64,000 bases of DNA from Protoeuglena noctilucae (Eukaryota). The position numbers and the translations under genes are program-made. Positions 12,101 to 24,032 of this stretch are shown here, piece after piece. Within the stretch, counting starts at the first letter, position 1, and every line of letters starts with the position of its first letter. The stretch lies in the NCBI GenBank assembly GCA_958009085.1, contig OY253688.1, positions 124,001 to 188,000 on the forward strand, written 5' to 3'. The notes below the pieces were generated by a model. That model saw only the letters and a list, made by a program, of their open reading frames with translations, searched no databases and was not told the DNA's origin.

Positions 12101-13619
12101 CTGACCCTACCTTGGCAGCAGTGACCAGCAGGGTGCCGCCAGCGCCAGAAGCAGCACCTATGCGTGCACCCCTGACCTGTACCACAAATGGCCACAAGAG
12201 GCCTGCTCCTGCCCCGGCGGAAGGCCCGAGCCATGGAACCCAGGGCAGCAAGCGCCCGCGGACTGCGATCCCCAGCGGTGACGGTGACGGTGGCGATGAG
12301 GCGGCAGGGGCAGACGGATGCACGCACAGCTTGGGCCAGGCTGCCACGCTGTGTGTGGGGAGTGCACCCCTGGTGCTCGGGGAGCTGGTGATGACCGTAT
12401 ATGACCTGGCTCAGTCAAGCTATGGCCCCCTCATTCCCCTTCTGCACAACGCCGCCACTGGTACCGATCCCATCTGCGCCCTGACTCACCCAGAAAGGTG
12501 AGGGTCTGGCGCAACGATGGTGGCGTCACAGAGTGTGACGACACGGTCTGCACGAGCTGCCCCCTTAATGGCTCATGTTGCTTACATTGCAGCCTGCGGG
12601 AGGTGGACGCCGGAAACGCCTCCACCAAGCATGCCTACTTCCTCATCGCATCGCGTGTGGTGGAGGTGACGTACGCTCAGGTTGTCGACGCCGCTGACGT
12701 CATGGTCCCAAGCACGCGGCTGTGGCCGTCCACGTCCCTATACGCGGAAATCGATGGAGCGCAGGATTCTCTTGCACTGCTGAAGGCTCTGGGAAGGCGA
12801 GGGAGGGGAGCTTGCTGCAGGACACTAGCTGCTGAAGCTGCGACTGCGTTGACAAATGGGCCAGCCGTGCGAGCCACAACATGTGTCGTGTCTTGGCTGC
12901 AGTGCTCTGGTGGAGGTCGGGGACATCCCGCTTTGGCGCAAGCAGCACCTGGAAAGGGCTCTGTGGGTGCTGGCGGAGCTGACGGCGCACGGGCTGACCG
13001 CCCAGGATGATACTCAGCTCGTGTCACGACTCGTCGCAGTGTGGAACCTTGCTCGCAGGGGCCATGGCCCTCTCCTACTCGCCCTGCACGAGGCCGCCAC
13101 GGCGCCCAGTCCCATGCGCGCCCTCGATGCCCTGGCCAGGTGACGGGCCACTGCGGCTGCGTCGCTATTGAGGCTGAACACGAACCCACTCGAGCCAAAC
13201 TCCGGTCACTACCACTGCCGTCGCAGGGCGGCGGAATTGGTGGCCCGAGATGCCTCTGCTATGTGCGCCGTGGCCGCCCTCATTGGCCAGTGGGTCAGCG
13301 AGGCCCAGAGCCAGGAGTTCGTGGGCGCTTCCGAGATCTCTAGCTCGCAGGGTGTGGAGGCTATGGTTCACTACGCGGCACTCCGGCGGGCAGCTTGCCT
13401 GGCCAGTTTGGCAAAGGCCCTGGCGAGGTGGGCGCAAGGGTCACATTATTGGTCGCGTTGGCTGCGTGTGCTGCTGGACCGGTCAGTCCGCCCCGACTCA
13501 TGCTGCGCCTTGACCTCAGGACCCTGGAGGCTTGTTGGAGTGTCCCCGACGCGTGGAGGAATGTGCTGGAGGAGGCCCAGAGCGCTCTAAGGGAGCATGA
13601 GCGTCGTCTCGGGCAGTGA
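9185..13619 (+). CDS. Orphan modular protein B, paralog of A: three winged-helix-like domains, Glu/Gly tract, NLS-like linker and two helical modules; probable frameshift near 10750
   Basis: About 15 phase-compatible exons, e.g. ELRELKTLGIHRVSDAQLREMGFNTDITREYVRQGC, WLKKMREQGIGSVTRTELRRGGFRKKIKAEYERQGC and GVEAMVHYAALRRAACLASLAKALAR. Ends RRLGQ-TGA at 13619. The start at 9185 depends on a GC donor at 9281. Confidence 0.65.
11660..12080 (+). repeat. Coding purine-rich minisatellite encoding ~140 aa of Glu/Gly repeats (EEAGEGEEG)n
   Basis: Imperfect 18- and 27-nt units gaggaggctggggagggt(gaggagggc) within the open frame 11473-12501. Confidence 0.95.
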
Positions 13620-13916
13620 TGGGGCCGCAAGCTGCTGCGGTGCATGCAGCAGGCGGGGGCTGGGCATCGATGGTGGCCCGATGTGATCGCGATCCTCATG
13701 TGAGACCTTTCAAAAGCCTCCCAGCAGAGTCGAGGCTGAAGCGTTGGCTGGCTAGCAAGATCTAGCAAGATCCTTGAATCACAGCGCCAGGGCATCCATA
13801 GCTGCCAGCGCACGAGGCAACTCCAGCGCGCGCCGCCACGCCATCCCCGTCAGCCATCCCATCCAACCCAGGTGCTCCCCTGTGCATTCCCAACATTCCA
13901 GCAGCCTCATTGGCCC

Positions 13917-15524
13917 TCAGAACTTGAACACCTGGTCTTTGCTGTACCCTAGCTCCTTCAGGATGCCCTTCACCTCCCCCTGGTCCTTGGGAGACACCTT
14001 GGCACCTGCGTGTGCGGCACAGAAGCACGATATGGAAAGCCTGACTGGGCATTTCACCCAAAATGGTCTGCGCTTTGTAGCCAACGCATTGAGGCGGTCC
14101 ATGTACGCCACTCTGCGAGCCATCCCCAGTCATCCCCACCCCTCACCTGACACCACGTTCATCATCCCCGGGGGCCCGCAGACGAACACCATGGACCCTG
14201 CCTGGTCGGCGGGGGGCAGGTGCGCCTTGAGCATGTCTTTGGTCAGGTACCCCACCCCGCCCTTCCAGAACAGGCCCCCGAGGCTGGCCTTGTCCACCAC
14301 GTAGTAGACCTTCAGCCGGTCGCTGTGGGCCTGCGAGGATGGGGGCAGGCGGGTGGGAGAGGGATGAGATGAGCGAGAGAGGGACGACAGAGCAACAACC
14401 ACCACCTGCGACTGATCCTGGTGGGCTCCTGCCCGCATGTTACTCAACCATCCAATCACTGTGTCTCTCGTATTCCCCTCACCTTGGCCCATGCGTCGAT
14501 GCGGTCCTTGAGGATGATGTCCGACTCGGTCTGGTTGGCGAACACCAGGGACACCTGCGTCTTGTCGTCCTTGTTGGAGAGGATCTCGTCAATCACCTGC
14601 AGCATCGGGGTGATGCCGGAGCCGCCCGCCACCATGCCGATGTGGCGGTACATGTTGGGCTGCAGGAAAAGGTGGGGGTGCGCGTGGAAGGGAGTGAGCG
14701 AGACGGTCGATGCCTGTCGATGCTCCCATCATCACAGTGGTCGATTATCACGATGCCACCATCCTATGCACCCTGTTCATCACACCTTGTAGTCCAGCTT
14801 CACGATCGGGCCCTTCATCTCCAGCTTGTCACCGACCTTGAGGTCGCCCACGTGCTTGCTGACCTGCAGAACAGCATCGAAACAACGATTGAAGCGCTTG
14901 GGTAGCGAAGCGCGCCTGCGTTGTGCGATCCACACAGACGCATGCACCCACGCACCTTGCCCTGTGGGTAGACCTTGACGACCAGGTCGAGGTAGCCGGC
15001 GGCGGTGCGGGGAGAGGTGGGCGTGTACGGCCGCACGGCCATCTCCGTCGACCCGTCCTCCTTCGGCACCGGGCCGCGGACCAGCAAGCACGACGCGACC
15101 GGCATGCCCGAGTTCTTGCCGTCGGGGAGCTCGAAGCGGAACAGGTGCGTGTTGCCCGTCAGCTTCTCGCGGTGCTGCGGGGAGCGAGGCGCGGGCGACG
15201 CGTGTCGGTTGCAGGGTTGGGGCCCCTAGCGGCGCGGGGGGGACGCATCGCCGGCCACCTGGAGCTTGAATGCGCGCCACTCATCCGGATTCAGCGCACT
15301 CTTCGACGCATCGGCCGCGGCGCTGCTCTGCGGGCGCGGGGGGCGGTCACGAGGGCGGTCACCCTCGGCACCCGCGAGCGCGCGCTACGCCCCTCGAGAC
15401 GCTCCCCGGGACCATCGGCGGACTATATACTACATACATGCATCATCTGCATCCCTAACGCGGTCGCCAGCGTGCCCGTCGCGCACGCCGCGACGAGCGG
15501 GCGCGCCCTCAAGAGCGCCTGCAT
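13917..15524 (-). CDS. NADH-cytochrome b5 reductase, mitochondrial (MCR1/CBR2-like), 7 exons
   Basis: FAD motif [23 protein letters not shown] motifs [13 protein letters not shown] and [10 protein letters not shown], and the C-terminal [23 protein letters not shown] typical of the MCR1 type. Confidence 0.92.
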
Positions 15525-16024
15525 CGTGGCGTAACTACAGCGGGGTCACGAACACGGAAGTCAGCGCGGGTGAAGATGTCACGCGAAGAAGCGTCGGCGA
15601 GTCTGGGCGAGGTGCGAGGGCGACGCGCCGGATGAGTGTGCGCGCCTGCGCCAGTGAGCGGCGCAAGCGCGCGCGTTTCGTGCCGATGCGGCGTCGGATG
15701 TCGGCATTCAACGGTCGTCACCCATGCTTTATGCCCATGCCATGCATCGCGCAGCACCTCGTCACCGCGGGCTCACAGGACGTGACGTGAGGCAGGCAGG
15801 CGAGACTGGGGAAGAAGCAAAGCCACTAGAGGGGAAACGCGCGGCTTTGGGGACACGGCAGCGCGCAGTCGCTGCGCTGCGCAACGCGACACCGCAAGCG
15901 CGCGGATAGGTGGTTGGTCAGTGAGCAACAGGGCACGAAACGGACGCAGTCTTCTAGTCGGGTTGGATCCATGCATACATCAGAACACAAAAGGAAAGGG
16001 CCGGTGCGTGTCTTGCAACGCATC

Positions 16025-19000
16025 TCAGACCCACGCGTTGCCGTTAGCATCGCCGTTGGCCTTGCCATTGCCATCGGCATGAGTGTGGGTGTGCCGGGCT
16101 CGGTCCATGCTGCGGCGCTTGGAGCTGCGGCGCCTGATGCTGCCGTGCTCGGCGCTGGTGCGGTCCTCCGGGCCCCTCAGCGAGGCCTCCTCGGGCGGGG
16201 GGCGCCTGTGGGTGGTCTGCGGGGGCGGGGAGGGCGAGCAGCGTGGGGGCGTGCGAGGTGGAGCAGAGCGGTGGCAGTAAGAAGCACTACTAGAGTGGCA
16301 ATGCAATTGCATCAAACGAGCAACTGAGCGATGCGAATCAGGCAAATTAGAGTCCCAGTCATGCATGACAGCTGCCCATGCTGTGCATCAGCCACGCCTT
16401 CTCCACGGCACATTCGACATCGACAGCAACCACGACCACCCGAAGACTCGTGCGATGACTGTCACTCACCGACACGCGCGTGACGTACTCGAGGTTCCCG
16501 ATGCACCGGTGGATGTTGTCGACGATCTCGTCCGCCTCCTCGCGGCTGCGACCCTTGGCGATCTGGCCGGACGACACGGCCTCCTGGGCCACGCGGCGCA
16601 CCTCTTGGGCCAGCTGCGGGGGTGGTGGAGGGGGGCAACAATGGCGGTCGTGATCTCTAGCGCTCGAATTCCAATCGCTTTGCATAGAAGTCAGCTCAGC
16701 CAGTTGAAGCTAATTCCGCACAGCACCCATTACACGCGCATACCTGCAGCAGATATCGCCCCCAGCCCTCACCTCCACCAGCGCCTCCCTGGGCATGCCC
16801 TTCTCCTTACACCATTCATGTCCATCTCTACTCATGCCCATCTCTTCCTATCATCCCATCTCACCTCCACCAGCGCCTCCCTGGGCATGCCCTTCTCCTT
16901 GGCGAACTCCAGCCCGCGCTTCGTGTCCTCCAGCTTCCGCCTCATTGTGGCCAAAGGCGGTGCCGCATCGCACAGCTCCAGCAGTCGGTCCACGGCGTCC
17001 ACCACCCAGTTCTCGAGCAGCTTGCCCTCCACGAAGCCCACGGACTTGCTGGGGGCCAGGGAGAGGGGTGTGTGTTTGTTTGGATGGGTGGGGTAGGGGG
17101 AGGGGTGGTAAAGGCGAGAGTGCGAGGGTTGCTGGGAGGGAGTGGAGGAAGCCGCCCGCCCACCGCAATCGCAACACTCCATTGCCACTGCCATCCATCC
17201 CGCCTGCTCCCTACCACACCAATTCACCAACCCATCGCTGTCATTTCCAATCCCTCCGTCCCCTCACCGCGCGACCGTGTGCTCCTGGTCCTCGGGGCTG
17301 TCGGCGTCCCTCACGTGCACCACCTCCGACACGTTGATGTTGAAGACGTTGTAGCGACGCATGAGCTTGTACAGCAACACCTGAACGGAGAGGGAGGGGC
17401 GATAAGCAAGATCGTAAGCGCGGTAATGGGGCAGGGCAGTGAGTGCTCGTCACTTTGAGCACGTGCAACGATGATAAACCACGCGCTGCCATGCCACACA
17501 GCACCAACAATATGGTGAATGCATGCAGTAGCAGTGATCACCTTGAGCACGTCCAGCACGATGAACCATGCGCTGCAGTAGATCCAAACGTAGATGAACA
17601 GGGGCTTGTGGATGGCCACCTGGCCACGGAAGAGACCCTCAGCAGGGACGCCAGAGGTTTTGCCGGGGGGCCAGGCGATGGCGAGCACTGGGGGGTTGGG
17701 GGGTGGGTGCGGTGAGTGTGGTGGTGGTGGTGATGGTGGCGGTGGCGGTGGTGATGGTGGTGCAGTGGGTGGGTGCGGGGAACCGGTGGAGGTGACCAGC
17801 GATGTCTGACACAATACGACAGACACATGCTCATCATGTTCTGAACAAACACGCTGGCCCCATTCTCACCGGTGCTGACGACCATGGACAGCACCGCCCC
17901 GAGCATGAGCAGCCAGTGGGGCTGGGAGTGCCAAAAGAAGTAGTCATGGGTGCGGGCGGCAAAGACGGTGAGGAAGTCGGCGATGGAGATGGCCATGTAA
18001 AGCAGCGTGATGACCTGCATAGAGGAAGAGAGTGTAAATTTATATTATATGACATACAGAGGTGGCCATGCACAGAAGCGTGATGGCCTGGGGAAAGATG
18101 GGGTCTAAGGTGGCATCAGCAACGCATCCACGCTCTCGCTCCAACACTTGCTCTCGCCACACAACCCGAGTCGCGCCCCACATCCCCGCCCCTGCCACCA
18201 GCCCCGTCGCCACATAACACCGCACTCGCTCTCTCACCTTCCCGTAAGGAATGTACCCGATGCCCAGCGTCTGGAACACCCCCGTGGGGCTGGTGGAGTC
18301 GAGGGCGAAGTAGAGGAGCAGGAGCGTGGAGAAGCACATGATGAGGCCGAGGAAGGTGGAGACGAGGAACTGCGGTGAGATGTGGGGTGAGAGGTGTGAC
18401 GAAAGGGTAATGGCAGGGGGGTGGCATGCATGGGTAGGGAGCGGCGGCGAAGGGTGGAACAAGCGACAAGTGTTTATGGCGAACGAGCACACCCATGCTA
18501 ATGCTGAGCTCTCTTCCACCTCCTATGCACCTTCTCACAACCACCCATTACATGCTGACCAACACCCACCAACGCTCACCAGCACCCGGATGCGCCACTT
18601 CTCCGGCCGTGGCGAGGGCGACACGCGGTCGTAGCTGACGAGGATGAGCGTGCCATCGTTGAGAATGGCGATGAGCACCAGCATGAGGACTGGCAACTCA
18701 AAGAAGTCGGGGATCGTCGACTCGAAGTCTGTGCACGCCTGCCCCGTGAGGCCCAGGCGCGCGCAGTTGTAGTAGTGCCGGGGCTTGAAGGCGAACACGG
18801 CGATGAAGAAGAACAGCAGCAGCTGCACCGTGGCGGCGATCCTGGGGGTGAAGAGGGGTGGGGTGTGGGGCGTGTGGGTAGGTGGCAGCGGGGGGGGGAG
18901 GGATGGTTGGGTGTGGGAGGGTGGCAGCGGGGCGGGAATCGGCGGGGTGGGTGGGAGGGTGGGGTGATGGGCTGTGGGGTGGAGGTGCGTCTGGTGTCAC

Positions 19001-22000
19001 CTGTACAATGGCTCTTCATACCCACCATGCTCAATTCTCATATCACCCATCTCCCCCCTCACCTGTATGTGAGGTAGCTCTCCATACACATCCCACCCAT
19101 CTCCCCCCTCACCTGTACGTGAGGTAGCTCTTCATGCGGCCGAAGATGATCCGGGACAGCTCCATGGCGTGGATGATGGTCGACAGGCCAGGCTCCGTGA
19201 AGATGATGTCGGAGGCAGCGCGGGCGGCGTCCGTGGCGCCCGCCACGGCGATGCCCACGTCAGCACGCTTCAGCGAGGGGGCGTCGTTCACGCCGTCCCC
19301 CGTCATGCCCACCGCAAAGCCTGGGGGGGAGCAGCGAGGGGGTGAGGGTGAGGATGGGTGTAGGAGAGGGGCTGGGATGAAGCACGAAGAGTGACACTCG
19401 CGTCGCTACCGATGCACTTGCCTGCCTCCGCATCTCGACCATCAGCACCCCACCCCCACCACTCGCCTGCTTGCCCCCATGCACACCCTCACTCACACCA
19501 CCCTATCTCACTCGCCTGCCTGCCTGAGCGTCTCCACGATGAGGAACTTGTGCTCCGGGAACACCTGGGCATACCCATCGGCCTTCAGCACCATCTCCCC
19601 GTACTTCTTGCCCAGATCCTTCGGCACCGTTCCGTCCTCGTTCATCGAAGGGAGCTCGTCCGGGCCCTCGATGCGGTCGCTGAGGCCGATCAGGCGGCAC
19701 ATCTCCTTGGCAATCAGCACCTGGTCGCCCGTCACCATCTTCACCACCAGGCCTAACTCCAGGGCCTGGCGGATCGTCTCCTGGGAGAATGAGTGGGGGC
19801 GAGGAGCGTGTTAGTGGCAGTGCGTGACTTTGTGAGGTGAACAAGAGGCTAGCAGTCAGCGGCTGTGCCACAGCGATCGCCCGCCACCCCACGCACCCCT
19901 CACATGCACACGCACAAGCACAGCAGCAATGGTGCACCGACCACTTATCAATACTTCGCTATCAGTAACTACCATCTCCATGCCTCTCTCGCCTTGGTGT
20001 CCTCCCGGGGAGGATCCAGGAACGTCAGCAGCCCAGCGACGCGCCAGTCGCCATGGTCGTCCGTGCGCGCCACCGCCAGGCACCGGATGCCGCGAGCCGC
20101 GAAGTCCTTCACCGCCACCTCCACCTGCTCCGCGACCTTCGCCTCGCCCTCGCCCAGCAGCGCCAGGATGCGCTGGGGTGCGCCCTTGGCCACCTGGAAC
20201 GTCTCGCCTTCCGGGCTCACCACCGTGGCCTCCGTGCGCTTGGTGGTCGGGTCGAACGGCACGAAGTTCGTCTGCTTGTACCGATCGCACTCGTCCAGGT
20301 CGGCGGAACCCAGCACCATGGTGTCCAGGGCGTCGCGGGGGGGCTCGCGCCACTGGGATGGAAGGCGAGGGATGGGGGTGAGTGGAGTGAGTGGGGTGAG
20401 TGGACAGGGAAAGACGGGATCGGGTGAGAGTGGGCGAATGGCCAGCGCGTTGCCCAAGCACAGCCACCCGCTGCCTTCTGTGTATGTGTAATACACAGTG
20501 TGCAACGTGCGGTGTGCGACATGCGATGTGCGTGCCAGTCACCTTGGCGGCCAGTGCGGCCAAGAGGAGGACCTTGTCCCTGTCCATGTTGGGCATGAAG
20601 GTGGGGCAGTGCTCCTGCACCTCCATCTTGTTCTTCGTCAGAGTGCCTGGGGTCACAGGCGAGGGGCCGGGCGTGTGTCGTCACGTCAGACATGAGGGGC
20701 TGGGCATGGCTGCTAACGCCAACAGAGGTATGCTACTACAGCACACACTGCCTGCACTCCCACACAATCCCAGGCAATCCCACTTTGCATACACCACCTT
20801 CCCAGCACACCGCAGTCATCACAACTCCAGCTCCCTCACCGGTCTTGTCCGAGCAGAGGATGTTCATGCCGGCCATCTCCTCGATGGCCGCGAGCCGCGT
20901 GACGATGGCGCCGTGGCGGGAGAGCTGCCGGGACCCGAGGGCGAGGGTGGAGGTGATGACGATCTCCAGGGCGATGGGGATGGACGAGATCAACACCACG
21001 ACGGTGAACTCGATCGATTTGCGGAACGAGTTGCCGATGCCCATCAAATACCCGAAGCACGTGAAGCACAGCACCACGGCCGCCACGAGGAGCGTCACCA
21101 TCATCTTCAGCAGGAGCTTCTGCAGGCTGCCCATGCCCCCCACGCTCTGGATCATCGTCGCCGACTTGCCCAGGTAAGTGTGGCTGCCCGTCTTCTCCAC
21201 CATCGCGCGCGCCTCGCCGCGCATGGCCGTGGACCCCATCATGCACTTGTGCCCCGGATCCATGGTCACCGGCATGGACTCGCCAGTGAGCGCCGCCTGG
21301 TCCACCTCAATGCGACCCTCGATCACGATGCAGTCCGCAGGGATGGCCGACCCCGACCCCAGGAGCACCAGGTCGCCGGGGACCAGGTCCGCGGCATCCC
21401 TGGTCTCGAAACGACCGTCGCGGCGGACGGTCGCGGACGGCTTGAGCGACTTCTTAAGAGCAGAGACTGGGGGGCAGGGCGAAGGTGGGCGTGCGGCATG
21501 TGGCGTATGGCAGGCGCGGTCGAGCACGATCCGTGCCCGCAAGGTTCCCTGGCCATGCCGGCAACCCCCATCATCGCCAGGCGCGGCATGCGGCACGCAC
21601 GACATGTGCACAGCCCCTCGACATGCTGGCAACGCCCATCTCTGTCAAGCGCGGGGTGCGCTTACCACGACAGCTGCATGCGCATCGACCGCCTCTTACC
21701 TGCGTCCTGTGCCTTGGTCGCCTCGTGCCAACCGATGGTCGCGTTGGCGAGCTGGATGGCCAGCAGCAGGCTGCCGTCCACGTAGCTCTGAATGCCGTAC
21801 TCGACGATGATGGCGGCCCAGAGCATGAACGGCATCGGGCCCCAGAGGCGGTCCAGGAAGATCCTGCAGCCGAGGCAGGGCGCAGGGCAGGTGACCCTTT
21901 CGCGTCGAACGTGGCCCCCGCCAGCGCGAAACCGCCCTCGGGAGTCGCGTCACCTGAGCTTGCTCTTGACCTTCTCCTCCAGCTCATTCTTGCCGTACTG

Positions 22001-22637
22001 CTGGAGGCGCCTCTCGGCCTCTGCGGCGGCGAAAGGTGACGAGGCTTGCGGGCGTGCCCCATCGCATGCCAGGGCAACCCCTCCCGCCTTTTCCGGGGGC
22101 AGGGCGCCCTCGTCTGGCGCATCGAGACACGTACGCGAGGGTGGTGCCTCGGGCCGGGGCAAAGAGCCACTCTTGGGCGGCACCTCCTGCCCGCGGGACT
22201 CTTGGCAAGTGCGACCCCGGTGCGCCGAAAACCGCGCATATCCAGCGCATCGTGCACGCTACCCGTGCAGATTGCGTCCAATTGAGCGACGTCGTGCCAT
22301 CCAGTTCGCGAGGAGGGGCCCGGGCGCAAAGGGACCCTGCCCTGACCCTTTCGGGGTGGGCCGCACCCGGGAGCACCACACAGCGCCCCGGGGGGGCTAT
22401 TCAAGACCGGAGATCGCTCCGAGCAACCAACATAACAGGCGAACCAAGCGGGAAACCCCCTCGCAGCCAGCGAGGGTCCCTGGACCCTCGTCGGAGATGA
22501 CTACACCCAAAGCACCGTCGCGCGCCGCCGCGCGCGTCACCTTCGCTCGTCAAACCCTCGTAGTTGGGGTCGACGTCGACATGGCTAGGCGTGGGGCTCC
22601 CCGGCCCCTCGTTCGTGGAGTTCTCCTCCCTCGACAT
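16025..22637 (-). CDS. PMA: Plasma-membrane H+-ATPase (P-type IIIA), about 17 exons
   Basis: [63 protein letters not shown] and ILNDGTLI motifs in order. ATG 22637; TGA 16025. Confidence 0.95.
16768..16900 (-). repeat. Exact 41-nt duplication of an exon end and donor inside a PMA intron
   Basis: ctcacctccaccagcgcctccctgggcatgcccttctcctt at 16768-16808 and 16860-16900. Confidence 0.95.
19044..19131 (-). repeat. ~38-nt duplication of an exon end and donor inside a PMA intron
   Basis: cacccatctcccccc(c)tcacctgta(t/c)gtgaggtagctct at ~19044-19081 and ~19094-19131. Confidence 0.93.
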
Positions 22638-22803
22638 GCTTGTAGCGCGCAATCCTCGCTGCCCGAGCACGTCACCGCATCCTTACTTGCCCGGAACATG
22701 GGTTTGTAGCTGCGAGCGCAGGCCCGTCGCAGAAGACGAGGGTCCGCCAGTCTGACTGCGGGTGTCAGAGTGCCCCTTCAGTCATCCGGGCCGCGGCGGG
22801 GCC

Positions 22804-23729
22804 CTAGTCGTCGGCGAGGGGGCGGTGTCCGAGCGCGCGGTCGATGTCGCGCGCCGTAAGCTGTCCAGGCAGGTTCTGGTGGTTATTAAAGACTGAGTAC
22901 GCCGATGCCTCGCCGGGACGCCGCGGCCGCGTGTGGTAGTACGTCAGGGCGACGATGGACACCATGACTGCAGGGAGTGGGAACACGCGTTCGCAGGCGG
23001 CCAGGGGAGCTGCACGGGTGCCACTAGATGCCCGAGTCACACCCACCATAGATGGGGAGGATCTCCAGACGCATGGTGACGGGGACGAATGCGAGCCACG
23101 CAGCCATGGCGCACCAGCCCGTCCACCGCGGCCAGAACAGCCAAATGAGGAGCAGGTCCGGGAAGCGCAGCGTGTTCTTCAGGAAACGCCCCACCACCCG
23201 CTCCGCCCACACGGCGTCGCGGGGCAGCCTGCAGAGACAGTCGATGGAAACATCGACGATTTTATCTCGGCGCGGCCAGCTTTGCGAGGCGCAGATGCGT
23301 GACTACCGCGCACCTGAATGTGAAGTCCGCGTCCGGGTCCGCATCGGCCGCATGGGTCGACGTAGACGCTTGGCCGGTCCTTGGTGGGACCCTCCCCGTG
23401 CTCAGCGCCACCACTGCGGGGCGGAGCGGGGCGTGTAAGCTTGGGTAAACAACCACGGAAGCCGAGAGGAACTCGGAGCGTCGATTGCAGCGCGGCCCGG
23501 CCCCAGACTCGCCCGTGTCCCCCTCGCGGACGCCCGACACGTCGTCTCCGTCCTCCATGGCCAGCGTCCGGCCCTTGAACACAATCCGTATGCGATCCTT
23601 CGGAATCTCGAGCTTTTCCGCCATCGCATCGTACAGCGCCCCAATCGTCGGGGTGTCCCCAGATTCGCAGGGCACGGCCACGTCGTACGTGAGCCCGGCC
23701 ACGCGCTTGACCACGACGTTCACGTGCAT
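22804..23729 (-). CDS. SAYSD1: Ubiquitin-like plus SAYSvFN-domain protein (SAYSD1-like)
   Basis: N-terminal UBL fold (TIGALYDAMAEKLEIPKDRIRIVFKGRTL), a hydrophobic segment, and C-terminal RRPGEASAYSVFN...LPGQLTARDIDR. Confidence 0.88.
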
Positions 23730-24032
23730 GGGAACGATATCAACCAGGTTGGCGCCGAGCAGCGCAGCGGGAGGCCGGTCGCCGCCCAGGGGAGCACAGA
23801 GGTACAGGAGGCCTGTTGATGACACCCTGCTGACAAACGAACAGGCCTGTCCACAAGCAGGGGCGACAGGGAGGTACAGAGACTACGACTGGCGGTGAGG
23901 AAGTGAACGTGGGCACCTGTGTGATAGAGATATCCAAGGCACTGGCGCCCGCAGCACAACCCAAGTTCAACCTGAGAGCAGGCATTTAGCCTCACAAGCT
24001 GCAGAGCAAACACCGAACTGCATAGCACAACA

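Noticed and set aside
11382..12347. Long Ser/Pro-, Pro/His- and Leu-rich ORFs on the minus strand resembling cell-wall or membrane proteins
   Set aside because: Antisense shadows of the Glu/Gly minisatellite; splice signals and flanking homology support the plus strand.
2889..13619. Possible transposon or endogenous giant-virus insertion
   Set aside because: I saw no transposase, RT, Rep/helicase or viral core motifs and no terminal repeats or target-site duplications, and the genes have host-like introns. A profile search is still needed to exclude it fully.
17690..17780. Poly-His / poly-Pro coding stretch
   Set aside because: A (GGT)n-like microsatellite inside a PMA intron.
20400..21785. 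Long unexplained ORFs such as 20400-21785 (+), 38396-39655 (+), 29849-30976 (-) and 59064-60827 (-)
   Set aside because: They are antisense to well-supported genes, as expected with very high GC3.
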